Below, one piece after another: positions 25,154-33,556 of a stretch of DNA of 48,821 bases. The DNA comes from an uncultured Alphaproteobacteria bacterium (GTDB lineage Bacteria; Pseudomonadota; Alphaproteobacteria; Methylaequorales; Methylaequoraceae): NCBI GenBank assembly GCA_902542925.1, contig CACBWF010000002.1, forward strand, positions 1 to 48,821, in the 5' to 3' direction. Every line of letters begins with the position of its first letter. Position 1 is the stretch's first letter. Under the pieces are notes generated by a model. That model made no database searches, was not told the DNA's origin, and saw nothing but the letters and a program-made list of their open reading frames with translations. The position numbers and the translations under genes are program-made.

Positions 25154-25924
25154 CTAACCTTTTCTTTTGCAAGGAAACGGATATGTTATTGTACCTTCCT
25201 TAAAAGTTTTATTTTTTTCAAAACATGAAATTTGGTTTGGCCCATTTGACCAGTAATCATGGGGGTTAAGAGAACTGTAGTAATCTTTAATAAAATATTT
25301 GCACCCCCAATTATCTTTTTCACTTTTTTCACAATATCTTTGACCAATTTGAAGATGCAGATGACGCACTCTAGCCATACATCTATATTTCACATTTTTT
25401 GGAAGTTTTGCTATTAAATCTCCCCTTTTAACTTGTTGATTTTCTTCAACCAAAAATTCTCCAACATGTCCATAAATTACAATTAAATTCTTACCGTCAA
25501 AAGATTTACCATGATCGATTATAACTGTGGCTCCCCAGCAATCTTCAACTGTTGTTTCAAGAACTACACCATCAGCAATAGCAATGATTTTTTGATTCTC
25601 AGAGCCAATTATGTCTATGCCTTGATGAATAGTGTCACGAGGTCTGGTATTAACCCCATTCATACTTCCAAAATCTGAAAGTATAGGATTAGCTTCAAAT
25701 CCTTGCGGACTTACATCCTTTGCATAAGTCTTACAATATTCATAAACCCTTACATATTCACCTTTATATGTAGGATGGCGCTCGTACCATTCGAGAGCAT
25801 TTTTACATTGAAGTGGAATATTGTTAAGATTTTTCATATTGTTTTTCTCTAAGTCTTTTGATGATAAATCAAAGGTAATTAATATCAGTGATATGTGAAA
25901 CAATAATGAATAAAAAGAGTACAT
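25154..25924 (-). CDS. Exported M23/LytM-family metallopeptidase
   Basis: Signal-like N-terminus; HQGIDI (HxxxD), GHVGEF and HLHLQI (HxH). Eight Cys suggest periplasmic disulfides. Confidence 0.88.
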   Translation of the reverse strand: MYSFYSLLFHISLILITFDLSSKDLEKNNMKNLNNIPLQCKNALEWYERHPTYKGEYVRVYEYCKTYAKDVSPQGFEANPILSDFGSMNGVNTRPRDTIHQGIDIIGSENQKIIAIADGVVLETTVEDCWGATVIIDHGKSFDGKNLIVIYGHVGEFLVEENQQVKRGDLIAKLPKNVKYRCMARVRHLHLQIGQRYCEKSEKDNWGCKYFIKDYYSSLNPHDYWSNGPNQISCFEKNKTFKEGTITYPFPCKRKG

Positions 25925-26070
25925 TGGATTTATTTTTTATTAATATAATATATATGCTTCTATTTTTCAAAGAAAAGCATTTTATTGTCATTATTGCGAT
26001 AATTTTTTTTTTATGTGATACAAAGATATTATTATGATTTTTAATATAATCTTAATGGAGAAATAATATT

Positions 26071-26250
26071 ATGATGAAAGTAAATATTGGTTTATTTGGA
26101 ATTATTCTTATTATATTTTTTAATCTATATCTTTTTTTTGACTTGAAATCAAAAAACCAACAAATAAACGAACAACTCCTCATTATTAAAAGTATTTTAG
26201 AGGATATTGATGATGATATTCACGAAATTGAAAAAAAAATTGAAAAATAA
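26071..26250 (+). CDS. Possible 59-aa single-TM protein with an acidic amphipathic tail
   Basis: Not in the track. GGAG lies 8-10 nt upstream of ATG 26071. The peptide is MMKVNIGLFGIILIIFFNLYLFFDLKSKNQQINEQLLIIKSILEDIDDDIHEIEKKIEK. It overlaps the annotated start of the next ORF in another frame. Confidence 0.35.
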   Translation: MMKVNIGLFGIILIIFFNLYLFFDLKSKNQQINEQLLIIKSILEDIDDDIHEIEKKIEK

Positions 26251-26638
26251 AAGTTTACAATTTAAGGATTTTAAATTTTTTTTCTCAAAAAAACTATGTA
26301 TTATTTTTGTAAATATCCTATGGGTTTTAACACCTAATTTATTACTTTCTGGTTATAATGAAATTGAGGAAAATGTTTTAGTTAAAGATTGTTTAAGATA
26401 TTTCGAGAAAGGTAAATTAATTAATAATTATTCAAATAGATATTCAATCGGAAAAGGTCTAGAGCGATCAGATGAATATTACGAATTTTCATATCTTGGT
26501 AAATATTATAACCTGTTTTTTGGATACAAAATTTTTGACAAAAATTTTAAGTATATTGAGAGCTCTGAATGTATCACAATAGATTTTGACAAAAACAATA
26601 AAAATATTAATGATAGAGATAGAGATAAAAAATTTTGA
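26207..26638 (+). CDS. Exported small protein, paralogue of 22661-22999
   Basis: Signal-like KKLCIIFVNILWVLTPNLLLSG. It shares the KDCLRYFEKGKLINNY, FSYLGKYYNLFF and ECITIDFDKNNK blocks with the other copy. The true start is probably downstream of 26207 (in-frame TTG codons at 26225 and 26240). Confidence 0.55.
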   Translation: MMMIFTKLKKKLKNKSLQFKDFKFFFSKKLCIIFVNILWVLTPNLLLSGYNEIEENVLVKDCLRYFEKGKLINNYSNRYSIGKGLERSDEYYEFSYLGKYYNLFFGYKIFDKNFKYIESSECITIDFDKNNKNINDRDRDKKF

Positions 26639-26674
26639 TATTAAATTTCTACAATTTAAATTAAAGGAGATAAA

Positions 26675-27121
26675 ATGCTAAATGTTTACTTATCTGGTGA
26701 AATTCATACAGATTGGAGAAATCAAATAATAAAACTTTGTAAAGATGAAAAATTGGATATTAAATTTTCATCACCAATTACTAATCATGATTTTTCTGAT
26801 AATTGTGGTGTTGAAATTCTTGGGGATGAAGAAAGAAGATTTTGGAAAGATAATAAAGGTGCAAAAATAAATTCAATAAAAACAAAAAAGTCAATAAAAG
26901 ATTCGGATGTTGTCATAGTAAAATTTGGAGAAAAGTATAAACAATGGAATGCTGCCTTTGATGCTGGTTATGCCTCTGCGTTAAATAAATCAATTATAGT
27001 TATTCATAGTGACGAACATCAACACGCCCTGAAAGAAGTAGATGCTTTTGCGTCCGCTGTTGCAAAAGATCAAGAACAGGTTGTTAGAATTTTGAAATAT
27101 GTTATACATGGTTCTTTGTAA
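26675..27121 (+). CDS. YtoQ-family protein (nucleoside 2-deoxyribosyltransferase-like fold)
   Basis: 148 aa. The N-terminal VYLSGEIHTDWRNQI and overall length match the YtoQ family as I recall it. AAGGAGA SD upstream. Confidence 0.75.
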   Translation: MLNVYLSGEIHTDWRNQIIKLCKDEKLDIKFSSPITNHDFSDNCGVEILGDEERRFWKDNKGAKINSIKTKKSIKDSDVVIVKFGEKYKQWNAAFDAGYASALNKSIIVIHSDEHQHALKEVDAFASAVAKDQEQVVRILKYVIHGSL

Positions 27122-27175
27122 ATAGATTTTGAATATTATTTTCAATTAAGATATTAAAATTTTCATTTAAAAGAT

Positions 27176-27472
27176 GTGATCAAAAATTTTATTTATATTT
27201 TTATTATTCTTTTCTCAGTTTCAAGTAAATGTTTGCCTAATTGTGTAGTACCGTCTGCTCCAAACAAAAAACCAATTAAACCTAAAATACCTAATTGTAT
27301 AAATCAATCATTAGGAACGCATTCTTGCGGTGAAAAAGAAATTCAGAATTATTATGATAAAATTGATGATTTTAACTTAAGTATTGAAAATTATGCTAAT
27401 AAACTAGAAACATATTTAGAAAAAGCTAATAAATACGTTAATTGTGAAATAAAAAAACTCAATTCCGAATAA
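27176..27472 (+). CDS. Exported Cys-containing hypothetical protein (98 aa)
   Basis: GTG start, signal-like IYIFIILFSVSS, a Pro/Lys-rich linker, 5 Cys and a C-terminal helical region. Confidence 0.5.
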   Translation: MIKNFIYIFIILFSVSSKCLPNCVVPSAPNKKPIKPKIPNCINQSLGTHSCGEKEIQNYYDKIDDFNLSIENYANKLETYLEKANKYVNCEIKKLNSE

Positions 27473-27481
27473 ACATAGGAA

Positions 27482-27664
27482 CTACTTGAAATCCCCTTTT
27501 ATAAATTTGAGATATAATTTTAACCATTCTTTTTCTGTCATCCCATCAAGTTTAGTGTTACCATCTTCTATTGATTCCCAGTCTTCTAAAACAAAATCAG
27601 TAAAGTCCATATTCATTTTAGAAAGAATGTCACAAAATTTATCTAAACTTATACGATCGGTCAT
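27482..27664 (-). CDS. Small acidic hypothetical protein (60 aa)
   Basis: MTDRISLDKFCDILSKMNMDFTDFVLEDWESIEDG... looks protein-like. The overlapping plus-strand ORF (27486-27680) is Ser-rich and low-complexity, so it is judged antisense noise. Confidence 0.4.
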   Translation of the reverse strand: MTDRISLDKFCDILSKMNMDFTDFVLEDWESIEDGNTKLDGMTEKEWLKLYLKFIKGDFK

Positions 27665-27739
27665 TTCAGCAAAATTCTAAGGATATAAAATTGTATTTCT
27701 GGGTAAGCAATTTAATATATTAAAGTAAATTCAATAAAA

Positions 27740-28015
27740 CTATTTTTCTACAATAAAGTCTCTTTCCCCTGCATAAACTTCAACTTTAATATTACTTTGT
27801 TTTTTAACTTTATCAATATATACAGAACCACCTTTTTCTGCTAGTTCTTTTGAGTGCCACTTTGTAATAGCAACAGATTGAAGATCGCTTATTTTAATCA
27901 CTTCTATAGATATTATCCCTTCCAATTTATGTATCATTTCGTATTTTGCTAATGCTGTCATGGCATCAGCATCAATTTTAGAAGAATATTTTAATATAAT
28001 TACTCTTACGTACAT
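27740..28015 (-). CDS. Small alpha+beta protein, possibly ABM/Dabb (ferredoxin-like) fold
   Basis: 91 aa. The pattern V.VIILKY...D......LEGIISIEVIK.SD....AITKWHSKELAE resembles antibiotic-biosynthesis-monooxygenase-like domains. Weak. Confidence 0.45.
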   Translation of the reverse strand: MYVRVIILKYSSKIDADAMTALAKYEMIHKLEGIISIEVIKISDLQSVAITKWHSKELAEKGGSVYIDKVKKQSNIKVEVYAGERDFIVEK

Positions 28016-28103
28016 AGAAAATTAAGTATTTTAGGTTTTCAAAAAAATGTTAATCTTACTACTTTTATTGATTATAGTAAAAAATATTTTATGTTTTATA
28101 TAA

Positions 28104-28403
28104 ATGTTGTTAAGAAAAATATTTGGAATTTTATTAATATTCTTAGGGTTAACATTTTTTAGCTTTAATTTTATATTAATCTCAAGCCTTCTCACAGAAG
28201 AAATAAAAACTATATCTGATATTTGCCTTAATGATTTAAAAGATAACTATTCAGAAAATGAAGGTTTTAATAAATGCTTGAATGACGGACAAAGAGTAAA
28301 TAAATCTGTGCAGTCTATATCTTTAATTCTAAATCTGGTAAGTTTTATATCTGGAATATTTTTTATATACAAAGGATACAAATTTTTGAGTTTTAGAAAA
28401 TAA
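28104..28403 (+). CDS. Two-TM membrane protein (99 aa)
   Basis: Hydrophobic helices at both ends (IFGILLIFLGLTFFSFNFILISSLL and ISLILNLVSFISGIFFIY). Confidence 0.55.
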   Translation: MLLRKIFGILLIFLGLTFFSFNFILISSLLTEEIKTISDICLNDLKDNYSENEGFNKCLNDGQRVNKSVQSISLILNLVSFISGIFFIYKGYKFLSFRK

Positions 28404-28407
28404 AAAT

Positions 28408-28614
28408 ATGAAAAATTTTGAATATAAAGTGTTTGATTATAAAAATATAGAACACCATAATAATGAAGTTGTTGAATCATACTTAAATAAAAATTATGGA
28501 GAATTAGGTTTTGAATTAGTGTGTGTTTTAGATATGGGTGAAAACAACTCTAATAAAGATGGAATAAGTTCTAGATTCAGATATATTTTTAAAAGAAAAG
28601 TAAATAAGAAATGA
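28408..28614 (+). CDS. DUF4177-like small protein (68 aa)
   Basis: FEYKVFDYK...LNKNYGELGFELVCVL...FRYIFKRK matches the YEYKV...LN..G.eGWELV...FKR pattern of DUF4177. Confidence 0.6.
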   Translation: MKNFEYKVFDYKNIEHHNNEVVESYLNKNYGELGFELVCVLDMGENNSNKDGISSRFRYIFKRKVNKK

Positions 28615-28868
28615 TTATTATTAATGAAATTGATAATGATAAATTTTTAGTTTATATAAAATCTGATGAAGAATCAAAACACACAGTAATTTTTGAAGAT
28701 AAGTATTATTTGAGATTTAATAAAAATAAAAGTAAGCAAGAAATTATAAAAGAATCATTTGAATTTCTTTTAAAAAGAGAACCTAATACTCAAATTCTGA
28801 AAAGTTTTAATTTAAATATTATAAATAATTATTTTCCAGAATATGAAGACGAGTTTAGTTTGAAATGA
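28611..28868 (+). CDS. Conserved-looking hypothetical protein (85 aa)
   Basis: ATGA overlap with the previous ORF. The block ESFEFLLKREPNTQILKSFNLNIINNYFPEYEDE resembles a widespread uncharacterised family that I cannot name. Confidence 0.55.
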   Translation: MIIINEIDNDKFLVYIKSDEESKHTVIFEDKYYLRFNKNKSKQEIIKESFEFLLKREPNTQILKSFNLNIINNYFPEYEDEFSLK

Positions 28869-28875
28869 TGAAAAA

Positions 28876-29061
28876 ATGAAAAAAAAGAAATTCTATATCA
28901 GTGATCTAAACCAAAAAAAATTTCTCATTAAAGATCTTAAAAAATTTAAGCAACATATAAATCTTTATCATAGTAGAGGATCCACAATTCACGAAGAAGA
29001 TGGATTTATATTCAAAGTTGATGATAATTTTAGAAAAAAAATAAATTCATATGAAGAATGA
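28876..29061 (+). CDS. Hypothetical protein (61 aa)
   Basis: Lys-rich ORF whose last 11 nt overlap the cysS start. No motif. Confidence 0.4.
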   Translation: MKKKKFYISDLNQKKFLIKDLKKFKQHINLYHSRGSTIHEEDGFIFKVDDNFRKKINSYEE

Positions 29062-30445
29062 ATTAAAAATATTTGATTCCTTGAGTAATAAAAAAACTAA
29101 TTTTATACCTTTTGATACACAAAATGTAAGGGTATATGCTTGTGGTCCTACAGTTTATGATTTTGCACATATTGGTAATGCAAGAATGGCTGTAGCATGC
29201 GATGTTCTAGTAAGAGTTTTAAGGAATATCTATCCTAAGGTTACTTATGTTTCAAATATTACAGATATTGACGACAAAATCATAAAAAAATCCATCGAAA
29301 CAACTACACCATTTAGAAAAATTACCCAAAAATTCCACAAAATTTATAATGAAGATATGAAGAAGATTGGGGTCGAACACCCCAATGTTCAACCTAAAGC
29401 AACAAGTTATATAAAAGAAATGATTAATGCAATTACAAAATTGATTGACACTAATAATGCATATTGTGTTGACGGTCATGTTTTGTTTCATGTTCCTTCT
29501 TATAAATATTATGGAAGTCTTTCTAAAAGAAGTATTGATGAACAAATTGCTGGGAATAGAATTGATGTAGCTCCATTTAAGAAAAGTAACGCAGATTTTG
29601 TACTTTGGAAACCAAGTAGATCTAACGAACCCTCTTGGGATTCTCCATGGGGTAAGGGTAGACCAGGTTGGCATATAGAATGTTCTGTTATGTCAGAAAA
29701 AACACTTTCTTTGCCATTTGATATTCACTGCGGAGGCGCAGATCTTAGATTTCCTCATCATGATAATGAAATCGCTCAGAGTTGTTGCTTAATTGGTAAG
29801 AATATGAGACCAGAAAATTTCTGCAGATATTGGTTTCATAATGGTTTTGTCCAGGTAAGTGGAGAAAAAATGTCAAAAAGTATTGGAAATATAAAATTAA
29901 TTAATACTTTATTAAAAAATAAATCCGGACAATGCATCAGATTGGCTTTACTATCTAGTCACTACAGACAACCTCTAAATTGGACAGATAATGTTTTAGA
30001 ACAAGCAGAGAAAAATTTGGAAAGATTAAATAGAATAGCAAAAGAAACTGCAAATGTAAAAATTACAGATGAAGAAAAAAATACACTTTGTTACGAAATT
30101 AAAGATGCTTTAATGGATGATTTAAATACTCCAAATGTGTTAGGAATATTATTTAAAATGACCAAACAACTCTCCGAAAAAAAAAAATTGGACCAGAAAA
30201 AAATAAAATCTAATCTTCAATTTATTAAAAATAATTTAGGGTTATTATTTAATAAAAATAGTGAAAACAAGTTTTTTATAAAATCTGAAGAAAAAAAAGT
30301 AATTGAGGATTTAATTAAAGAAAGAAATAATGCAAGGATAGATAAAGATTTTGAAAAAGCAGATAAATTGAGGAAAAAACTCGAGATATTAGGAGTCGAA
30401 ATAAGTGATACAAAAAATGATACAAATTGGAAAAAAACTAAATAG
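29051..30445 (+). CDS. cysS: Cysteine--tRNA ligase
   Basis: HIGNAR (HIGH) and KMSKS motifs; 464 aa. Confidence 0.95.
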   Translation: MKNELKIFDSLSNKKTNFIPFDTQNVRVYACGPTVYDFAHIGNARMAVACDVLVRVLRNIYPKVTYVSNITDIDDKIIKKSIETTTPFRKITQKFHKIYNEDMKKIGVEHPNVQPKATSYIKEMINAITKLIDTNNAYCVDGHVLFHVPSYKYYGSLSKRSIDEQIAGNRIDVAPFKKSNADFVLWKPSRSNEPSWDSPWGKGRPGWHIECSVMSEKTLSLPFDIHCGGADLRFPHHDNEIAQSCCLIGKNMRPENFCRYWFHNGFVQVSGEKMSKSIGNIKLINTLLKNKSGQCIRLALLSSHYRQPLNWTDNVLEQAEKNLERLNRIAKETANVKITDEEKNTLCYEIKDALMDDLNTPNVLGILFKMTKQLSEKKKLDQKKIKSNLQFIKNNLGLLFNKNSENKFFIKSEEKKVIEDLIKERNNARIDKDFEKADKLRKKLEILGVEISDTKNDTNWKKTK

Positions 30446-30680
30446 GAATGTAAGGAATATTTTAATTTATTTGGTAAAAATATACCAATATATTATTTCT
30501 CCTTTTTTTCCTAATAATTGTAGATACTTCCCATCGTGTTCAGAATACTCGATCAATGCATTAAAAAAATTTGGCATTTTTAAAGGATCATATTTAACTA
30601 TAATAAGGATTTTAAAATGTAACCCTATATTTGATTCTAAGTTTGACCCAATACCAGACAAAAGAAATAAAAAAAATTAG
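30405..30680 (+). CDS. yidD: Membrane protein insertion efficiency factor YidD
   Basis: YQYIISPFFPNNCRYFPSCSEYS...RILKCNP...DPIP signature. The start (30405 or 30417) overlaps the cysS end. Confidence 0.85.
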   Translation: MIQKMIQIGKKLNRNVRNILIYLVKIYQYIISPFFPNNCRYFPSCSEYSINALKKFGIFKGSYLTIIRILKCNPIFDSKFDPIPDKRNKKN

Positions 30681-31113
30681 TTCTGTAAAAGATATTACTG
30701 CACTAAGAACTATGCGAAAAAATATATTGTATAAAAGTTTACCAGATTTTTATGCAAAATATGATGAGGACTTCGATAAGGAAACAAAACATTTCATTAT
30801 TACTTACAACAAAAAAATCGTAACGGGTGCGTCCCTAATAAAAAAAAATTATTCTTTAAAAAATAATCTTAAAAGTTATCAAATTAGAGGTATGTTCACC
30901 CAAAGTCTTTTTAGGAAATTAGGGTTAGGTTCTTACTTAATAAAATATCTTTTATGTTTTGCAAAGAAAGATGACAACATAGACATTTTATGGTGTAATT
31001 CAAGAAGGAATGTAGCTGATTTTTATATCAACAATGGATTTATAAAATCTTCTGGATTTTTTTTAATAAAAAAGATTGGTATTCATATTCAATTATTTTT
31101 AGATTGTAGATAA
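30631..31113 (+). CDS. GNAT-family N-acetyltransferase (start uncertain)
   Basis: About 150-aa acetyltransferase-like layout with the loop FRKLGLGSYLI. The TTG 30631 start overlaps yidD; the first ATG is at 30712. Confidence 0.65.
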   Translation: MILSLTQYQTKEIKKISSVKDITALRTMRKNILYKSLPDFYAKYDEDFDKETKHFIITYNKKIVTGASLIKKNYSLKNNLKSYQIRGMFTQSLFRKLGLGSYLIKYLLCFAKKDDNIDILWCNSRRNVADFYINNGFIKSSGFFLIKKIGIHIQLFLDCR

Positions 31114-31490
31114 TGGTAACGTTATTAAAATATAATATTTTCGGTCAACCACTTGAACTCTGCTCTTTAGACCCAGTAACAGGGTACTATAGAGATGGTT
31201 GTTGTACATCAAGTGATGTAGATACTGGCATGCATATGGTTTGTGCTGAAATGACGATAGATTTTTTAAATTTTTCTTTAAAAAAAGGTAATGATCTCAT
31301 AAGTGCCAAACCTGCTTTCAATTTTAAAGGACTTAAACCTGGAGATAGGTGGTGTTTATGCACGGATAGATGGTTAGAGGCATTAAAAGCAAGAGTTGCT
31401 CCTAAAATATTTTTAAATGCTACAAACAAAGAAGTATTAAGAAAAATAAATATTGAAATTTTAAAAGAATATGCATTAGATATAAATTAA
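31113..31490 (+). CDS. DUF2237-family protein
   Basis: PLELCSLDPVTGYYRDGCC...GMHMVCAEMT..FL.FS...GNDL...GLKPGDRWCLC..RW matches the DUF2237 signature. TAATG overlap with the GNAT stop. Confidence 0.8.
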   Translation: MVTLLKYNIFGQPLELCSLDPVTGYYRDGCCTSSDVDTGMHMVCAEMTIDFLNFSLKKGNDLISAKPAFNFKGLKPGDRWCLCTDRWLEALKARVAPKIFLNATNKEVLRKINIEILKEYALDIN

Positions 31491-31491
31491 A

Positions 31492-32016
31492 ATGAAGAAT
31501 TTATTAATCATATCCTCAACTAAAAACACAAATCTTGATTTATCTTATGAAATAAAAAAATATTTGGATAATTATGGTAATGGGGAGATTTCTATCTTAT
31601 CTCTTGAAGAGTATGATTTACCTTTATATACACCAACTCTAGAAGAAAAGTTTAAACAAAATAACTCTTTTCCAGATACAATAGAACATGTAAAAAAAAT
31701 TCTCATAAATTCAAGAGCGATTATATGGTGTAGTCCAGAATATAACGGTGGTATTTCTCCAATTGTTACTAATACTATAGCTTGGATTAGTAGAGCTACA
31801 GAGGATTGGAGAGAAGCATTTAAAGATAAGAAAATATTAATTTGCTCATCATCTGGTGGAAATGGAAAAAACTTTATTAAAGGATTTAGAATGCAACTTG
31901 ATTACCTAGGTTCAAATGTCAGTGAAGATTATATAATTAGAACGAAAAAAAATGGAGGTGATAAAGATAACTTTGAACAAACCTTAACGAAGTTTTACAA
32001 ACAATTGAATAATTAA
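31492..32016 (+). CDS. NAD(P)H-dependent FMN reductase / flavodoxin-like fold protein
   Basis: 174 aa; LIISSTKN...IIWCSPEYNGGISPIVTNTIAWISR matches the FMN_red family. Confidence 0.72.
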   Translation: MKNLLIISSTKNTNLDLSYEIKKYLDNYGNGEISILSLEEYDLPLYTPTLEEKFKQNNSFPDTIEHVKKILINSRAIIWCSPEYNGGISPIVTNTIAWISRATEDWREAFKDKKILICSSSGGNGKNFIKGFRMQLDYLGSNVSEDYIIRTKKNGGDKDNFEQTLTKFYKQLNN

Positions 32017-32070
32017 AATTTTTTTTTAAGTGTCGTTTATATATATGCAAGCTTGCTTTCCATTAACTAC

Positions 32071-32101
32071 AAAAGGGGTGTATTTATACACCCCTTTTTT
32101 T
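32071..32101 (+). terminator. Rho-independent terminator (potentially bidirectional)
   Basis: The 8-bp stem GGGGTGTA/TACACCCC (32075-32082 / 32087-32094) has a 4-nt loop. It is followed by T7 and preceded by A4. Confidence 0.8.
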
Positions 32102-32153
32102 GTATGCATTATAAAATATACAATTACTCTAGGGATAACAAAATTCGGGATCA

Positions 32154-33491
32154 ATGATGTATTTTGATTTATTTGTTATTGGTGGGGGGTCAGGAGGTGT
32201 AAGAGCAGCTAGAATCGCATCAAGTTTGGGGTTAAAAGTCGGACTAGCTGAGGGAAAGGATTTAGGTGGTACCTGCGTTAACAGGGGATGTATTCCAAAA
32301 AAACTTTATTCATATGCAGCACATTTTCAAGATGATGTGGAAATAATGAAAAGTTTTGGTTGGAAAACAGAAAAGAAAAGTTTTAATTGGTCAAAATTAG
32401 TTTTGGCAAAAAAAAAGGAACTGCAAAGACTTAATGGAATTTATAGAAATTTATTAATTAATTCTGGAGTAAAAATTTTTAATAGTTGGGGTTCTTTTGG
32501 TGACAATAATAAAATTCTTTTAAATAAGAAAAAAATTATAAATTCTAAATATATTTTAATTGCTGCTGGAGGTAAACCTAAGTTGCTTGAATGTGAAGGT
32601 GCAGAATATTGCATTGATTCAGATTCAGCATTTGATTTAAAGGTATTGCCAAAAAAAATTTTAATTGTTGGCGCTGGATACATTGCTCTTGAATTCGCAA
32701 GTATTTTTAATGGTTTGGGAGTTGATACAACTGTTTGTCTAAGAAGTAATGTAATTTTAAGAGGTTTTGATTCAGAAATTTCTGAATTTCTTTATAAATC
32801 CATGGAGGAAAAAGGAATTAAATTTCTATTTAATGAGATCCCAAAAAGAATATCTAAAACAAAAAATAAGTTTTTAGTTGAATTTAAAAACCAAAAACAA
32901 GAATTTGGGCTTGTAATGAGCGCCATAGGCAGAGCTCCTTTTATTGATAATTTAAATATTAAAAATACAAAAGTAAAAATTACCAAAAGTGGTGATATTA
33001 TCGTAAATGACTATTATGAAACACACCATAAAAATATTTTTGCCATAGGAGATGTGATCAATCGTGTTCAACTTACACCAGTTGCAATTGCAGAAGCAAT
33101 GAATTTAGTTAACAATTTAAAAAAAAGGAAAAAAAAAAAGTTAAATTACAATAATATACCTACAGCAGTTTTTTCTAATCCAAATGTTGCAACCGTTGGA
33201 CTTTCAGAAAATGAAGCGAGATTAAAGTTTAAAAAAATAAAAATATTTAAAAGTACTTTTAAACCTCTAAAACTATCGTTGGGAAATTTCAAAGAAAAGG
33301 TATTTATTAAAATGATTGTCGATTCTAAAACTGACAAAGTAATAGGATTACATTATATAGGTGAAGATGCAGCTGAAATAATACAAGGGTTTTCAGTTGC
33401 AGTTTTAAAAGGCTTGAAAAAATCAGATTTTGACCAAACTATAGGAATTCATCCTTCAAGTGCAGAAGAAATTGTTACACTTAAGCAGTAA
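32154..33491 (+). CDS. gor: Glutathione-disulfide reductase (pyridine nucleotide-disulfide oxidoreductase class I)
   Basis: GGGSGG FAD motif, redox-active GGTCVNRGCIPKK and C-terminal HPSSAEE; 445 aa. Confidence 0.82.
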   Translation: MMYFDLFVIGGGSGGVRAARIASSLGLKVGLAEGKDLGGTCVNRGCIPKKLYSYAAHFQDDVEIMKSFGWKTEKKSFNWSKLVLAKKKELQRLNGIYRNLLINSGVKIFNSWGSFGDNNKILLNKKKIINSKYILIAAGGKPKLLECEGAEYCIDSDSAFDLKVLPKKILIVGAGYIALEFASIFNGLGVDTTVCLRSNVILRGFDSEISEFLYKSMEEKGIKFLFNEIPKRISKTKNKFLVEFKNQKQEFGLVMSAIGRAPFIDNLNIKNTKVKITKSGDIIVNDYYETHHKNIFAIGDVINRVQLTPVAIAEAMNLVNNLKKRKKKKLNYNNIPTAVFSNPNVATVGLSENEARLKFKKIKIFKSTFKPLKLSLGNFKEKVFIKMIVDSKTDKVIGLHYIGEDAAEIIQGFSVAVLKGLKKSDFDQTIGIHPSSAEEIVTLKQ

Positions 33492-33556
33492 GTTATGAAA
33501 TAATCAAATTGCTATTTTATAATTAATTATATAAATTTTATAAAAAACTAAATGAT

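Noticed and set aside
25527-25536. Third partial match to the glmS terminus (TAACTGTGG vs TAACCGTGG) inside the M23 gene
   Set aside because: Only 9 nt match, with a mismatch, inside a well-supported CDS on the other strand and with no flanking similarity. This is chance level.
27486-27680. Plus-strand 64-aa ORF overlapping the minus-strand 60-aa ORF 27482-27664
   Set aside because: It has a non-ATG start and a Ser/Ile-rich low-complexity product. The minus-strand product has a more protein-like composition (W, D/E, K balanced). Neither is strongly supported.
28247-28480. Minus-strand 77-aa ORF
   Set aside because: It is antisense to two tightly linked plus-strand ORFs (28104-28403 and 28408-28614) that have TM and DUF4177-like features. 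Its Tyr/Phe/Leu-rich composition is typical of AT-rich antisense frames.
20907-29050. Prophage or ICE interpretation of the islet
   Set aside because: No integrase, terminase, capsid/tail, relaxase or type IV secretion genes were recognised. The ORFs are too small and heterogeneous. At most this is a decayed or minimal islet.
32047-32056. GCAAGCTTGC palindrome upstream of the terminator
   Set aside because: A single 10-bp palindrome (containing a HindIII site) with no partner sites or adjacent regulator is within chance expectation.
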